Shown here: positions 9,040 to 19,478 of the stretch, piece after piece
Layout: every line of letters starts with the position of its first letter
Numbering within the stretch: position 1 is the first letter of the stretch
NCBI GenBank assembly: GCA_963721805.1
Contig: CAVRJY010000001.1
Location: 1,248,001 to 1,312,000, forward strand
Length of the DNA: 64,000 bases
Direction of reading: 5' to 3'
DNA from: Nitrospirota bacterium
Lineage (GTDB): Bacteria > Nitrospirota > Thermodesulfovibrionia > Thermodesulfovibrionales > JdFR-86
Position numbers and translations under genes: made by a program
The notes under the pieces: model-generated
Told to the model about the DNA's origin: nothing
The model's input: the letters and a program-made list of their open reading frames with translations, nothing else
The model's database searches: none

Positions 9040-10727
9040 CCCTTTGGCCCTCCTTCGGACTTCTGCTGCAGCTTCGCCCAGGTGTCCTTGAGCGTGATCG
9101 TGCGGTTAAAGACCGGATGTCCTGCCTTGGATTCCACGCTGTCCGGGCAGAAGTACCCGAGCCGCATGAACTGGTAGACCGTGCCCGGTTTCGCATCACC
9201 AAGCGAGGGCTCGAGCTTGCAGCCCCTTAGAGTCTGGATAGAGTTTGGGTTTACGAAGCTCAGGAAATCCGCGTCCTTGTCATCGTCCGGGTTCTCCTTC
9301 GTGAACAGCCCCTCGAACAGCCTCACCTCGGCGTCTACCGCGTGCGCTACAGAGGCCCAGTGCAGCGTGCCCTTGACCTTGCGCTCCGCGTTCGCCATCC
9401 CGCTTCGGCTTTCGGGATCATACGTGCAGCGAAGCTCCTTAATCGTGCCGTCGGAGTTCTTGATAACCTCTTCGCACTTGATGATGTAGGCGTGCTTGAG
9501 CCTCACCTCCCGGCCGGGCGCCAAGCGGAAGAACTTCTTCGACGGCTCTTCCATGAAGTCGTCCTGCTCGATATAAACCTCTCGCGAAAACTCTATCGTC
9601 CTCGTCCCGGCCGAGGGGTCCTCGGGGTTGTTTTCGGCCACAAGCTCCTCGATCTGTCCCTCCGGATAGTTCGTTATCACGAGCTTGATCGGCCTTAGCA
9701 CCGCCATCACGCGCGGTGCGCTCTTGTTGAGGTCTTCCCTCAGGTGGTGCTCCAGTAGCGCGATGTCTATGGTGCTGTTGGCCTTGGCCACGCCTATGCG
9801 GTCGCAAAACGCGCGTATGGCCGAAGCAGTATACCCGCGCCTCCGCACGCCTGAGAGCGTCGGCATCCGGGGATCGTCCCATCCGCTGACGACGCCTTCC
9901 TTAACCAGCCTCGTGAGCTTGCGCTTGCTCAGCACGGTGTAGCTAAGATTCAGGCGCGCGAACTCGACCTGCTGCGGGTGGTATATCCCTAGCGCGTCGA
10001 TGAACCAGTCATACAGCGGGCGGTGGTCCTCGAACTCTATCGTGCAGATCGAATGCGTGATGCCCTCGATGGAATCGCAGAGCCCGTGGGCCCAGTCGTA
10101 CATGGGATAGATGCACCATGCGTCGCCGGTGCGGTGGTGCGTGGCGCGCATGATGCGGTACATCACCGGGTCGCGCAGGTTGATGTTGCCCGAGGCCATG
10201 TCGATCTTGGCCCGCAATGTTCGCGAGCCGTCCGGGAACTCCCCGGCACGCATGCGGGTGAAGAGGTCGAGGTTCTCATCGACCGTGCGGTTGCGGTATG
10301 GGCTGTCCTTGCCTGGCTCGGTGAGCGTGCCGCGATAAAGGCGCGTCTCCTCGGCCGTCAGGTCATCGACATACGCGAGGCCCTTATTAACAAGGATGAG
10401 CGCGTGCTGGTATATCTGCTCGAAGTAGTCCGAGGCGTAGTACATCCCGTTCCAATTGAACCCCATCCAGCGCACGTCGGCCTGGATCGAGTCGACGAAC
10501 TCCTGCTCTTCCTTGGACGGGTTGGTGTCGTCGAACCTAAGGTTGCACTTGCCGCCGTACTGCCCGGCGAGGCCGAAGTTCAGACAGATCGACTTGGCAT
10601 GTCCGAGGTGCAGGTAGCCGTTGGGCTCCGGCGGAAAGCGCGTGTGCACCCGGCGGCCGAACTTGCCGGTCTCGTTGTCGCGGTCGATTAGCTCGGTGAT
10701 GAAGTGCGAGGGCCTCTCGGTCTCCAT
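9036..10727 (-). CDS. glnS: Glutamine--tRNA ligase
   Basis: [38 protein letters not shown]. Confidence 0.97.
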   Translation of the reverse strand: METERPSHFITELIDRDNETGKFGRRVHTRFPPEPNGYLHLGHAKSICLNFGLAGQYGGKCNLRFDDTNPSKEEQEFVDSIQADVRWMGFNWNGMYYASDYFEQIYQHALILVNKGLAYVDDLTAEETRLYRGTLTEPGKDSPYRNRTVDENLDLFTRMRAGEFPDGSRTLRAKIDMASGNINLRDPVMYRIMRATHHRTGDAWCIYPMYDWAHGLCDSIEGITHSICTIEFEDHRPLYDWFIDALGIYHPQQVEFARLNLSYTVLSKRKLTRLVKEGVVSGWDDPRMPTLSGVRRRGYTASAIRAFCDRIGVAKANSTIDIALLEHHLREDLNKSAPRVMAVLRPIKLVITNYPEGQIEELVAENNPEDPSAGTRTIEFSREVYIEQDDFMEEPSKKFFRLAPGREVRLKHAYIIKCEEVIKNSDGTIKELRCTYDPESRSGMANAERKVKGTLHWASVAHAVDAEVRLFEGLFTKENPDDDKDADFLSFVNPNSIQTLRGCKLEPSLGDAKPGTVYQFMRLGYFCPDSVESKAGHPVFNRTITLKDTWAKLQQKSEGGPKG

Positions 10728-10729
10728 GC

Positions 10730-12145
10730 CTATTCCCCGGCCATTTCGATGGCGCGGCGGATGCGCCTGAGCGTCTTTTCGCGCCCGACTATCTCAAGGA
10801 CGACGAATATGCCGGGGCTCATCGTCCCGCCGGTTACGGCGACGCGGATCGGCTGGGCTACGGCACCCAATTTCACGCACATCGTCTCTACGAGGCTGTG
10901 CACCGCGTGCTCGAGCGCCGGGGCAGTAAACTCGCCAAGCGGCTCTATCACAGAGAGGACCTCTTTCAGATACCCCGCGGAAGTTGGCGTCAGGTGCTTT
11001 TCCTTTGCCTTGGGGTCTATCTCGACCTCGTCGGAGATGTAGTATTTAAGCGCCGTCGCAAGCTCAAGCATCGTCTTTGCGCGCTCTGTAAGCGTAGAGA
11101 CCGCACGCTCCGCCCATGCCGTATTGATAACGGTGTCTTCAGCGATAGTGCCCTGCGCGACCAGAAAAGGCCTGACGAGTTCATAGAGCCGGGAAGGGGG
11201 CAGGGTTTTCATGTACTCCGCGTTAAGCCACATGAGCTTCTCGGGGTTGAATACGGACGCGGACTTCCCTATGTGCTCGAGCGAGAAGAACTCGACGAGT
11301 TCCTCCGGGCTGAATACCTCCTGGTCTCCGTGCGACCATCCGAGCCTTACGAGGTAATTCACGAGAGCCTCGGGAATAAAACCCCCATCGCGGTACGCGA
11401 GCACCGATGTAGCGCCGTGGCGCTTCGAGAGGCGCGTCTTGTCCGATCCGAGTATCATCGGCAGGTGCGCGAAACGCGGCACCTCGTACCCGAGCGCGCG
11501 GTATATGTGCACCTGCTTGGGCGTGTTGTTGAGGTGGTCGTCGCCGCGTATGACGTCCGTGATCCGCATCTCGTAGTCGTCGACCACGACGCAGAAATTA
11601 TATGTCGGGGTCCCGTCGCTGCGCACGATGATGAGGTCGTCTAGCTGCGAGTTTTCGAATATCACAGGGCCGCGTATGAGGTCCGACACCACGGTGTCGC
11701 CCTCCATCGGCATCTTAAACCGGATGGAGTAGGGCTTGCCCTCGATGGGCTCCCTGATCGAGCGGCAGCGCCTGTCGTAGCTCGGCGTCTGGCCGCGCTT
11801 GATCGCCTCCTCGCGCCGGACCTCGAGCTCCTCGGGGGTGCAGTAGCAGCGGTACGCCTTGCCGTGCTTGAGGAACTCCTCGGCGTGGTGGCGGTAGATC
11901 TCGAAGCGGTCGGTCTGGCGGTAGGGGCCCTCGTCCCAGTCGAGCCCTAGCCAGCGCATGCCCTCTATGATCGAGGCTATGTACTCGTCGGTCGAGCGGT
12001 CGCGGTCGGTGTCCTCGATGCGCAGCACGAATTTCCCGCCCGAGTGGCGGGCGTAAAGCCAGTTAAAAAGCGCTGTGCGCGCCCCTCCGATGTGCAGGTG
12101 CCCGGTCGGGCTGGGCGCAAAGCGCACCCGTATGTCTCTATTCAA
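10730..12145 (-). CDS. gltX: Glutamate--tRNA ligase
   Basis: [29 protein letters not shown]. Confidence 0.98.
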   Translation of the reverse strand: MNRDIRVRFAPSPTGHLHIGGARTALFNWLYARHSGGKFVLRIEDTDRDRSTDEYIASIIEGMRWLGLDWDEGPYRQTDRFEIYRHHAEEFLKHGKAYRCYCTPEELEVRREEAIKRGQTPSYDRRCRSIREPIEGKPYSIRFKMPMEGDTVVSDLIRGPVIFENSQLDDLIIVRSDGTPTYNFCVVVDDYEMRITDVIRGDDHLNNTPKQVHIYRALGYEVPRFAHLPMILGSDKTRLSKRHGATSVLAYRDGGFIPEALVNYLVRLGWSHGDQEVFSPEELVEFFSLEHIGKSASVFNPEKLMWLNAEYMKTLPPSRLYELVRPFLVAQGTIAEDTVINTAWAERAVSTLTERAKTMLELATALKYYISDEVEIDPKAKEKHLTPTSAGYLKEVLSVIEPLGEFTAPALEHAVHSLVETMCVKLGAVAQPIRVAVTGGTMSPGIFVVLEIVGREKTLRRIRRAIEMAGE

Positions 12146-12223
12146 AATGCCGCCTCCTCGCAGACTCGCTTAACCATGAAATATAACAGATCGCGGCGTG
12201 TTTGTGCCAAAAGCCGCCTGGCG

Positions 12224-12793
12224 TCAGACGAGCTTTTTGCCTATCGAGAACGCCTTGCCGAGTGACGGCCCCACGCCGTGATAACTCGACGTCCCGGTGC
12301 AATAGATGACCGGCTGGATTTTTTCGATATCCGGCCTGCCCTCGGCATCCAGCATCGAGTCATCGGCCCTGACGTCCATTATCTCGCCGATGAACTGCGT
12401 ATGGAGGCCGAGCTCGTGCACCTCCGCCACCCTGCACTCGATCACGACAGGGAACTCCTCGACGTACGGGGCATCGACGAGCCCGGCCCTCACGGGCGTG
12501 AGCCCGGTCTTGCCGAATTTATCTGAGTCGCGGCCCGATGCCATCCCGAAGTAGTCGGCCTCAGCCGCGTGCGTTGCGGAGGGGATGCTGACCGTAAAGG
12601 CGCGGCGCGCCATTATGTTGCCGTGGGTGTGCGTGGCGGCCCTCAGTGAGATCGCGACCATCGGCGGCTTCGAGCAGCATATGCCGCCCCATGCGATCGT
12701 CGCGGCGTTGGGTTTGCCGTCTTTGTCGTACGAGCCTATGACCCATACCGGGGCCGGGAATGCGAGCGTCTTTGCGCCAAGGGATTTTTTCAT
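12224..12793 (-). CDS. Flavin reductase family protein (flavoredoxin-like)
   Basis: Likely start MKKSLGAK with AAGGAGG RBS; PNAATIAWGGIC, DYFGMASGR.DKF, HTQFIGEI. Confidence 0.88.
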   Translation of the reverse strand: MKKSLGAKTLAFPAPVWVIGSYDKDGKPNAATIAWGGICCSKPPMVAISLRAATHTHGNIMARRAFTVSIPSATHAAEADYFGMASGRDSDKFGKTGLTPVRAGLVDAPYVEEFPVVIECRVAEVHELGLHTQFIGEIMDVRADDSMLDAEGRPDIEKIQPVIYCTGTSSYHGVGPSLGKAFSIGKKLV

Positions 12794-12865
12794 GGAAGCC
12801 TCCTTTTGATCATTATACCAGTGTATTGACAAACGCAGCGACGGGTTCTTACACTCTATATCGTC

Positions 12866-13639
12866 ATGATCGATGTTATGGGCAATGGATACGATACCCC
12901 GCCGGTGCGCTTGGGCCTCATCTCGCGCCTCCTGCCCTCGTGCGTATTCCACGTGCACAACGTCCTGATCGTCCGGAAGGCCGGGGCTAAGGCCAAGCGC
13001 GGGGAATACGGCGACGCTGACTGGGCCGGATCGAGCCAGGATATCATGCGCTCGCTCGAGGCAGTCGGGGTCCGGATTCATATAGAGGGGGTCGAGAACT
13101 TCGCCAAGCTCAAGGGGCCGTGCGTGATAATCGGAAACCACATGAGCACGCTTGAGACCTTCACCCTGCCGGGCATGATAAGGCCGAAGATACCTGTCAC
13201 GTTCGTCGTCAAGGAAAGCCTGATCAACTATCCCGTATTCGGGCCGGTGATGCGCAGCCGCAACCCTATACTCGTCGGCCGCACGAACCCGCGCGAGGAC
13301 CTGCGCGCTGTGCTCGAAGGCGGAGAGCAGAGGCTCCGCGCCGGGATATCGATAATCATCTTCCCCCAGACCACGCGAGCGCTCACGTTCGATCCGGCGC
13401 AGTTCAACTCAATCGGGGTGAAGCTCGCGAAGCGGGCAGGGGTGCAGGTGCTCCCTCTGGCGCTCAAGACCGACGCATGGGCCAACGGGAGGTTCGTCAA
13501 GGAGTTCGGAAAGATTAATCCGGCAATCCCGGTACGCTTCCGGTTCGGCGAGCCGATGTTCGTCAAAGACCGGGGCAATGAGGAACATCAGGCCATCATA
13601 GATTTTATCGAGAGCAGCCTTAAGGAATGGAGCAGGTAG
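12866..13639 (+). CDS. Lysophospholipid / 1-acyl-sn-glycerol-3-phosphate acyltransferase (PlsC-like)
   Basis: NHMSTLE (HxxxxD/E), IIFPQTTR; TTGACA-18-TACACT promoter upstream. Confidence 0.85.
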   Translation: MIDVMGNGYDTPPVRLGLISRLLPSCVFHVHNVLIVRKAGAKAKRGEYGDADWAGSSQDIMRSLEAVGVRIHIEGVENFAKLKGPCVIIGNHMSTLETFTLPGMIRPKIPVTFVVKESLINYPVFGPVMRSRNPILVGRTNPREDLRAVLEGGEQRLRAGISIIIFPQTTRALTFDPAQFNSIGVKLAKRAGVQVLPLALKTDAWANGRFVKEFGKINPAIPVRFRFGEPMFVKDRGNEEHQAIIDFIESSLKEWSR

Positions 13640-13640
13640 C

Positions 13641-15026
13641 CTAGATTCGAGCCTGTTTAAGCTCTAGTATCAGGTACTTGCGCGTCTCTGGCGTGACCCT
13701 GAACCTCTCGTCACTTCTGAGGCCCACGACCCATATGATCTCGCCGCCGGATACGACCACCGGCACCGCGTCGCGCTCGTCGCGCGCGACCTTGTCGTCC
13801 ACGAACAGATCCTGGAGCTTCTTGCGCTTCCCGAACCCCTTGGGATAGATGTGGTCGCCCTCGGCGCGCGGCCTGACGGTTAGCGGGAACGCCACCTGCC
13901 CGGCGTCGAAGACCATGCGGAAGGAGTCCTCGGTCTCGTCCTCCGGCGCGGTATCGGTGAGCTCGGAGGTCAGCATCAGCGAGACCTCCTTAAGCGGCAG
14001 CTCCTCACCCGGAGCCGCTAGCGTGTACGTGCCGAGGCGGATAGGGTCTTCGGAGGTTATCAGCACCGTGGAGTATTTCTTGATCGCGCGTATGTCGTGG
14101 GGGAGGTAGACGCGGTCGCCGGCCTTGCCCCCTAGCACGAGCCTTATGACCTCCTCGATATGCACGTACCCGAGCGCCCGCAGGCCCTCGGTCTCCGCTA
14201 CGGCGCGCCTAAGCACCCGGCGCACCACGACGCGGTCGAGCGTCTCCATCGGGCTTGAGAACAGCTCTATCGAGCGCTTGGACTTGCGGGTGACGAGCCG
14301 CATCATCGTCTTGTTGACGACGTACTCGAGGTACCTGTCCTCGTCGCGCAGGATCTCGGCCGTATGGCCCATCGTAGGGACGATGTTGGGGTTGAGTTCT
14401 TTGAGCATCGGCATCAGGTGCGATCTCAGCCGGTTTCGGAGATAATCCTCCCCGAGGTTCGAGGAATCGACCATGTAGGCCGCGCCCTCGGCCTCGAGCA
14501 TCGCGATTATCTCGCGCTTTTCCACCTCGAGCATCGGCCTGATGATCGGGCCGCGCACGGGCGGTATCCCGCCGAGGCCCTTAAGCCCGCTGCCCCGTAT
14601 GATATGCATGATGAAGGTCTCGGCCTGGTCGTCGAGCGTATGCCCAAGCGCGATGCGGTGCGCCCCGATCTCTCTGGCGTGCTCCTCGAATATCGCGTAT
14701 CTGAGGTCGCGCGCGGCCTCCTGCTTGTTGAGCCCCATGTTCTCTACAGCGCCCAGCACGTCGGCGTGCCTGACCGTGAACCCGATCCCGAGCCCCTCGC
14801 AGAGGTCCTCGCAGAACTTGATCTCATCCGGGATTTCCTTGGGCCTGAGCCCGTGGTCGACGTATATCGCATCGAGCGCGATGCCGAGTTCCGCAGCGAG
14901 CGTAACCAGCGCCATGCACAGGCAGGTCGAGTCCGGCCCGGCCGACAGGCCGACGAGCACGCGCTCCCCGCCCTGGAGCATCGAGTGTTTTTTGATCGTC
15001 GCGCGGACTTTGGCTATGAGGTCCAT
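13641..15026 (-). CDS. tilS: tRNA(Ile)-lysidine synthetase
   Basis: PP-loop SAGPDS, DHGLR, GHTLDDQAET, RNRLR, C-terminal KKLQDLF. Confidence 0.96.
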   Translation of the reverse strand: MDLIAKVRATIKKHSMLQGGERVLVGLSAGPDSTCLCMALVTLAAELGIALDAIYVDHGLRPKEIPDEIKFCEDLCEGLGIGFTVRHADVLGAVENMGLNKQEAARDLRYAIFEEHAREIGAHRIALGHTLDDQAETFIMHIIRGSGLKGLGGIPPVRGPIIRPMLEVEKREIIAMLEAEGAAYMVDSSNLGEDYLRNRLRSHLMPMLKELNPNIVPTMGHTAEILRDEDRYLEYVVNKTMMRLVTRKSKRSIELFSSPMETLDRVVVRRVLRRAVAETEGLRALGYVHIEEVIRLVLGGKAGDRVYLPHDIRAIKKYSTVLITSEDPIRLGTYTLAAPGEELPLKEVSLMLTSELTDTAPEDETEDSFRMVFDAGQVAFPLTVRPRAEGDHIYPKGFGKRKKLQDLFVDDKVARDERDAVPVVVSGGEIIWVVGLRSDERFRVTPETRKYLILELKQARI

Positions 15027-15084
15027 ATGGAGTGATTATCGCACATTTCGAACCGCCACGCAGCCCCGGCGGAGTTCAGCGAGG

Positions 15085-15891
15085 CTAGAGCCTGACAGGC
15101 ACGCCACGTTTTTGGAGGTATTCCTTGCACTGCCTGACCGTGTATTCCCTGTAGTGGAATATCGAGGCCGCGAGCGCGGCGTCGGCCTTGCCGGTGGTCA
15201 GACCGTCATAGATATGCTCGAGGTTGCCGACGCCACCCGAGGCAATCACCGGGATGCTCACTGCCTCTGAGACCGCGCGCGTGAGCTCCAGGTCAAAGCC
15301 GTTCTTCGTCCCGTCCCTATCCATGCTCGTAAGCAGTATCTCGCCCGCGCCCATCTGCTCCATGTACTTCGCCCACTTCACCGCGTCGATGCCCTTGGGC
15401 TTGCGGCCGCCGTGGGTGAATACCTCGAACGTCTCGGGCGGGAAGGGGGTTTCCTTCGCCCACTCTGGCGGCTCTCCGGGCGCTCCGGTGCGGCGCTTGG
15501 CGTCTATGGCCACGACTATGCACTGGCTCCCGAACCGCTCGGCGGCCTTCCTGATGAAGCCCGGGTTGTGCACGGCGGTCGTGTTGATCGCGACCTTGTC
15601 GCAGCCGGCGTTAAGCAGGTTTCTTATGTCGTCGATCTCGCGGATGCCGCCGCCTACGGTAAGCGGCATGAATATCTCGTTCGCTGTTTGGCGGACGACG
15701 TCGAGGATGATACCGCGCTTTTCGTGCGAGGCGGTGATGTCCAGAAACACCAGCTCGTCCGCGCCCTGTTCGTCATAGTAGCGTGCGTTCTCGACCGGGT
15801 CTCCGGCGTCTTGGATATTGACGAAATTAACGCCCTTGACCACGCGTCCGTCTCGGACGTCTAGGCAGGGGATTATGCGTTTTGCGAGCAT
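15085..15891 (-). CDS. hisF: Imidazole glycerol phosphate synthase cyclase subunit
   Basis: [27 protein letters not shown] overlap with the hisA stop. Confidence 0.98.
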   Translation of the reverse strand: MLAKRIIPCLDVRDGRVVKGVNFVNIQDAGDPVENARYYDEQGADELVFLDITASHEKRGIILDVVRQTANEIFMPLTVGGGIREIDDIRNLLNAGCDKVAINTTAVHNPGFIRKAAERFGSQCIVVAIDAKRRTGAPGEPPEWAKETPFPPETFEVFTHGGRKPKGIDAVKWAKYMEQMGAGEILLTSMDRDGTKNGFDLELTRAVSEAVSIPVIASGGVGNLEHIYDGLTTGKADAALAASIFHYREYTVRQCKEYLQKRGVPVRL

Positions 15892-16616
15892 TAGCCGCAC
15901 TCCGTGGCGGTGCGTATGGCCTCGATGATGTCGAGCGTCCCTGCGTAGAGCGCCTTACCGGTGATCACGCCCCAGAGGCCGCCTATCTCGCAGAGGTTTA
16001 CGATGTCCTCGACCTTCGAGACCCCGCCGGAGGCTATTACCGGGATCGAGACCGACTCGACCATCTTGCGCATGGCCTCCAGGTTCGGCCCGGTGAGCAT
16101 ACCGTCGCGCGCGATGTCCGTGTAGATGATCCCGGCCGCCCCGGCCTGCTGCATTGCCTTGGCGAAGGTGACCGCCTCATGGTCCGTCACCTCGACCCAG
16201 CCCTTGACCGCCACCTTGCCGTCCTTGGCGTCGATGCCGACGAGCACGCGTCCGGGATGCTTGGCGCACGCCTCGCGCACGAGTTCGGGCTTCTCGGCGG
16301 CCACGGTGCCCAGTATCACGCGGTTGATCCCAAGTGCGATCAGCATGTCTATGCGGCTCAGGTCGCGTATGCCGCCGCCGAGTTCAAGCTCGCAGCTCAC
16401 GGCCGAGCGGATCGAGCGTATGGCCTCGATGTTTTTCTGTTCGCCTGTAAACGCTCCGTCGAGGTCCACTATATGGATGAGCTTCGCGCCTGATGATTCC
16501 CACCGTCTCGCGGTCGCGGCCGGGTCGTCTGAGTATACCGTGGCGTCCTCGGCGCGGCCCTGGAGCAGCCGCACGCACTTGCCCCCTTTGAGGTCTATTG
16601 CAGGTATCACCTTCAT
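15891..16616 (-). CDS. hisA: ProFAR isomerase
   Basis: [33 protein letters not shown]. Confidence 0.98.
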   Translation of the reverse strand: MKVIPAIDLKGGKCVRLLQGRAEDATVYSDDPAATARRWESSGAKLIHIVDLDGAFTGEQKNIEAIRSIRSAVSCELELGGGIRDLSRIDMLIALGINRVILGTVAAEKPELVREACAKHPGRVLVGIDAKDGKVAVKGWVEVTDHEAVTFAKAMQQAGAAGIIYTDIARDGMLTGPNLEAMRKMVESVSIPVIASGGVSKVEDIVNLCEIGGLWGVITGKALYAGTLDIIEAIRTATECG

Positions 16617-16682
16617 AAAGATAATATAACAGATGCCGGGGCGGTTTCGCCTCCAGTCTAATATGGTTTATAAGGAGGCCTG

Positions 16683-17402
16683 ATGAAGGTCAGCCGCAAT
16701 ATCATAGAGATCGACGAGGCGCTCTGTAACGGCTGCGGCGAGTGCGTCAGCGCGTGCGCGGAATCCGCTTTAAAGCTCGTGGACGGCAAGGCGAGGCTTG
16801 TCGGAGAGATCTACTGCGACGGCCTCGGCGCGTGTCTGGGCCACTGCCCTGCCGGGGCGCTTAAGGTCATCAAGCGCGAGGCCGACGAGTTCGAGGAGGA
16901 GGAGGTCGAGGCGATGCTGCTCTCCCAGGGCAAGAGCCTTTATTCACCGCCCGCATGCCCCTCGACCAAGCTCCAGATGCACTCGGCGCCAACGCCCTGT
17001 CAGGCCGCGAACGTCCCGGCCTCGTTCTCCGGCGGCGGCTCGGCGCTCACGCACTGGCCGGTGCAGATCAAGCTCGTACCTCCGACCGCGCCGTTTCTGA
17101 AGGGCGCTGAGCTCCTGATCGCCGCCGACTGCGTGCCTGTTGCATATCCCGGGTTCCATCCCGATCTGCTGAAGGGCAGGGCGGTCATGCTCGGCTGCCC
17201 CAAGTTCGACAACGCAAACGAGTACTACGAGCGGTTCAGGGAGCTGTTCAAGGTCTCTGGAGTTACGGGCGTGACCGTGGCCGTGATGGAGGTCCCGTGC
17301 TGCCAGGCGCTTCAGATGGTAGTGAAAAAGGCCCTCAAAGACAGCGGCACGGACATCCCGCTTGAGGTCGTGACCGTCAGCACCAGGGGCGAGATATTGT
17401 GA
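16683..17402 (+). CDS. 4Fe-4S ferredoxin-domain iron-sulfur protein
   Basis: CNGCGECVSAC, CDGLGACLGHCP, HWPVQIKL, GCPKFD, MEVPCC. Confidence 0.88.
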   Translation: MKVSRNIIEIDEALCNGCGECVSACAESALKLVDGKARLVGEIYCDGLGACLGHCPAGALKVIKREADEFEEEEVEAMLLSQGKSLYSPPACPSTKLQMHSAPTPCQAANVPASFSGGGSALTHWPVQIKLVPPTAPFLKGAELLIAADCVPVAYPGFHPDLLKGRAVMLGCPKFDNANEYYERFRELFKVSGVTGVTVAVMEVPCCQALQMVVKKALKDSGTDIPLEVVTVSTRGEIL

Positions 17403-18137
17403 ACCGCATCAAGGTTATCCTGACGCTGGTGCTTCTGATCGCTGCCGTGCTCAGCGCTCCGGCGCTCGCGTCCGAAGACCCGAAGCGCGGCCCGGAGCTC
17501 CTGCAGTACGACCTGTTGTGGGCCGGGGTCAAGGCCGGCACCGCTACGCTGGGGATCGAGAACTCCGCCAATGGCTCGATGATATTGCGCTCGACCGCGA
17601 AATCCGAGGACTGGGTGAGCGTGTTTTTTCCGGTCCAGGACCTGGTCGAGACGATGCTCGCGCCGAGCGGGTATCCGGCCCACTACACGATGAGGATCAA
17701 CGAGGGCCGCACGCACAAGGACCGCGAGTATATCTTCTCGGACAATAACTGCCAAGGTCAGGTACGTCGATAACCGGCTTAAGAAAAATAAGTCCTATGA
17801 AAGCGAAAGCCCGGCCTACGACCCGCTCTCGGCGTTCGACCACGTCAGGTGGGGCTTGCTGCCCGAGACGGGATCGGTACACGTCAGGATGTTCGACGAC
17901 AAGAAGTTCACTGACGTCGAGGTGACGATACTGGGCAAAGAGAAGATAACCGTACCGGCAGGGACGTTCGATACGGTCAAGATCCAGCCCAAGCTTAAGA
18001 CCTCCGGCATATTTTCAAGCCGCGGGGCGATCTACGTCTGGCTGACCGACGACAGGCGCAGGCTGCCGGTGAGGCTGCTGACGAAAGTGCTGGTCGGGAC
18101 GATCTCGGCCGACCTCACCTCTTTTTCTCAGCAATAA
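17399..18137 (+). pseudogene. DUF3108-like exported protein split by a +1 frameshift near 17750
   Basis: Signal peptide and YDLLWAGVKAG in the first frame; GAC AAT AAC T|GCC AAG GTC continues in the second frame through DPLSAF, E.ITVPAGTFDT, WLTDD.RRLPV to TAA 18137. Confidence 0.8.
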
Positions 18138-18185
18138 CGGATCGTTCGAAATTCTCGCTGCGCTCGTATTCCAAACGGGGCTGCG

Positions 18186-19325
18186 CTAGCGGGCCTTAGC
18201 GTTCTTCTCCCTTATCACGCTCTCATAGAGCGCCACGGTCTCGCGGATATGCCGCTCGAACGTGAACTCCTCGGCCTTCCTCCGCGCGGCCGCTGACATC
18301 CGGGTGCATGTCGCCTGGTCCATCAGCCGCTCGATGCCGCGGGCTATCAGCCCCGTATCCTCAGGCACCGGCACGACGAAGCCGTCCTCGCCCTCTGTTA
18401 TGACCTCGGCCGCACCGCTAAGCGCGGTCGTTATCACCGGCAGGCCGCTTGCCAAAGCCTCAAGGTGTACATTACCGAATGGCTCATAAACCGTCGGAAA
18501 CACAAAGAAATCAGCAGCGGCATAATAGGCGTGATTATCGGGCTGCGGGCCGCAGAATATCACGCGCTTATTACCGTACCTATCATCGAACTTAATCGGT
18601 TTTCCCCTGCCCACGATCATCACGGTCAGTGGGCCTTTCACCTGATCGAGGGCGCGAAGCAGAAATCGCACCCCCTTGCGCTCGAAGCCCGATCCGACGA
18701 ACAGCGCGACCGTCTCGCCCTGGCCCACGCCGTGGCGCAAGCGTATCTCGGCGCGGTAAAGCTCCCGGTTGCGGGGGTGGAAGCGCTCCAGGTCGACTCC
18801 GTTATAGAGCACCACGATATCATCCGGGCTCACGCTGTAGTTGTCGAGGATGTTGCGCCTCACGAGGTCCGAGATAGCGATGATCCTGCGGAAGTACCCT
18901 CCGTTTAGTATCCTGCGCTCCAAGGCGAGCACGAGCCAGTGGTAGGGGTTCAGGACGATGTTGAGCTTGCCCAGCAGCCCGATCCGCCTCCAGCGCTGCC
19001 TGAGCCACTCTATATGGCAGCCGTCCCCTGCGCGGTATATGTCTTGGCAGAACGTCTTGTCATGGCTCTGTATGATGTCGTAGCCAGCGCCCTTTAACTG
19101 GAAATAGCTGGATATTGCGAAGCTCAGATCGCGCAGGAAGGAATTAAACTTTATGGTGGGCACGCGGTGAAACGTGATGTTCGGGTGCTGCTCCCCGGCC
19201 TCCCAGAGCGCGGCATAGAGGTGCACCTCGTGGCCGCTCTGGGCTAAGTGCATGACGAGGCTCTGCAAGAACCGCTCGGCCCCGCCGTGGAACGTGTATT
19301 TCTTTCTCAGGAGAGCGATCTTCAT
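18186..19325 (-). CDS. Glycosyltransferase family 4 (WaaG/RfaG-like)
   Basis: Start MKIALL; GGAERF, YRAGDGCH, GSGFERKG, YEPFGNVHLEALASG. Confidence 0.9.
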   Translation of the reverse strand: MKIALLRKKYTFHGGAERFLQSLVMHLAQSGHEVHLYAALWEAGEQHPNITFHRVPTIKFNSFLRDLSFAISSYFQLKGAGYDIIQSHDKTFCQDIYRAGDGCHIEWLRQRWRRIGLLGKLNIVLNPYHWLVLALERRILNGGYFRRIIAISDLVRRNILDNYSVSPDDIVVLYNGVDLERFHPRNRELYRAEIRLRHGVGQGETVALFVGSGFERKGVRFLLRALDQVKGPLTVMIVGRGKPIKFDDRYGNKRVIFCGPQPDNHAYYAAADFFVFPTVYEPFGNVHLEALASGLPVITTALSGAAEVITEGEDGFVVPVPEDTGLIARGIERLMDQATCTRMSAAARRKAEEFTFERHIRETVALYESVIREKNAKAR

Positions 19326-19478
19326 CCAACGGACAAGATAACCCGATACGGGCCGAAAACACAAGCCAGGGGTCAGGAACCTATCTCAAAACCACTCCCA
19401 GCCGAAAGAGGCTGCGTGCAAGAAACGACTCAGGCGGGACAGGGGGTGAAACCCCCAGGGAAGGGGCGCCCGTGGCGC

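Noticed and set aside
7317..12145. larB without larA/C/E, and glnS next to gltX
   Set aside because: Both arrangements are common and not evidence of a new system.
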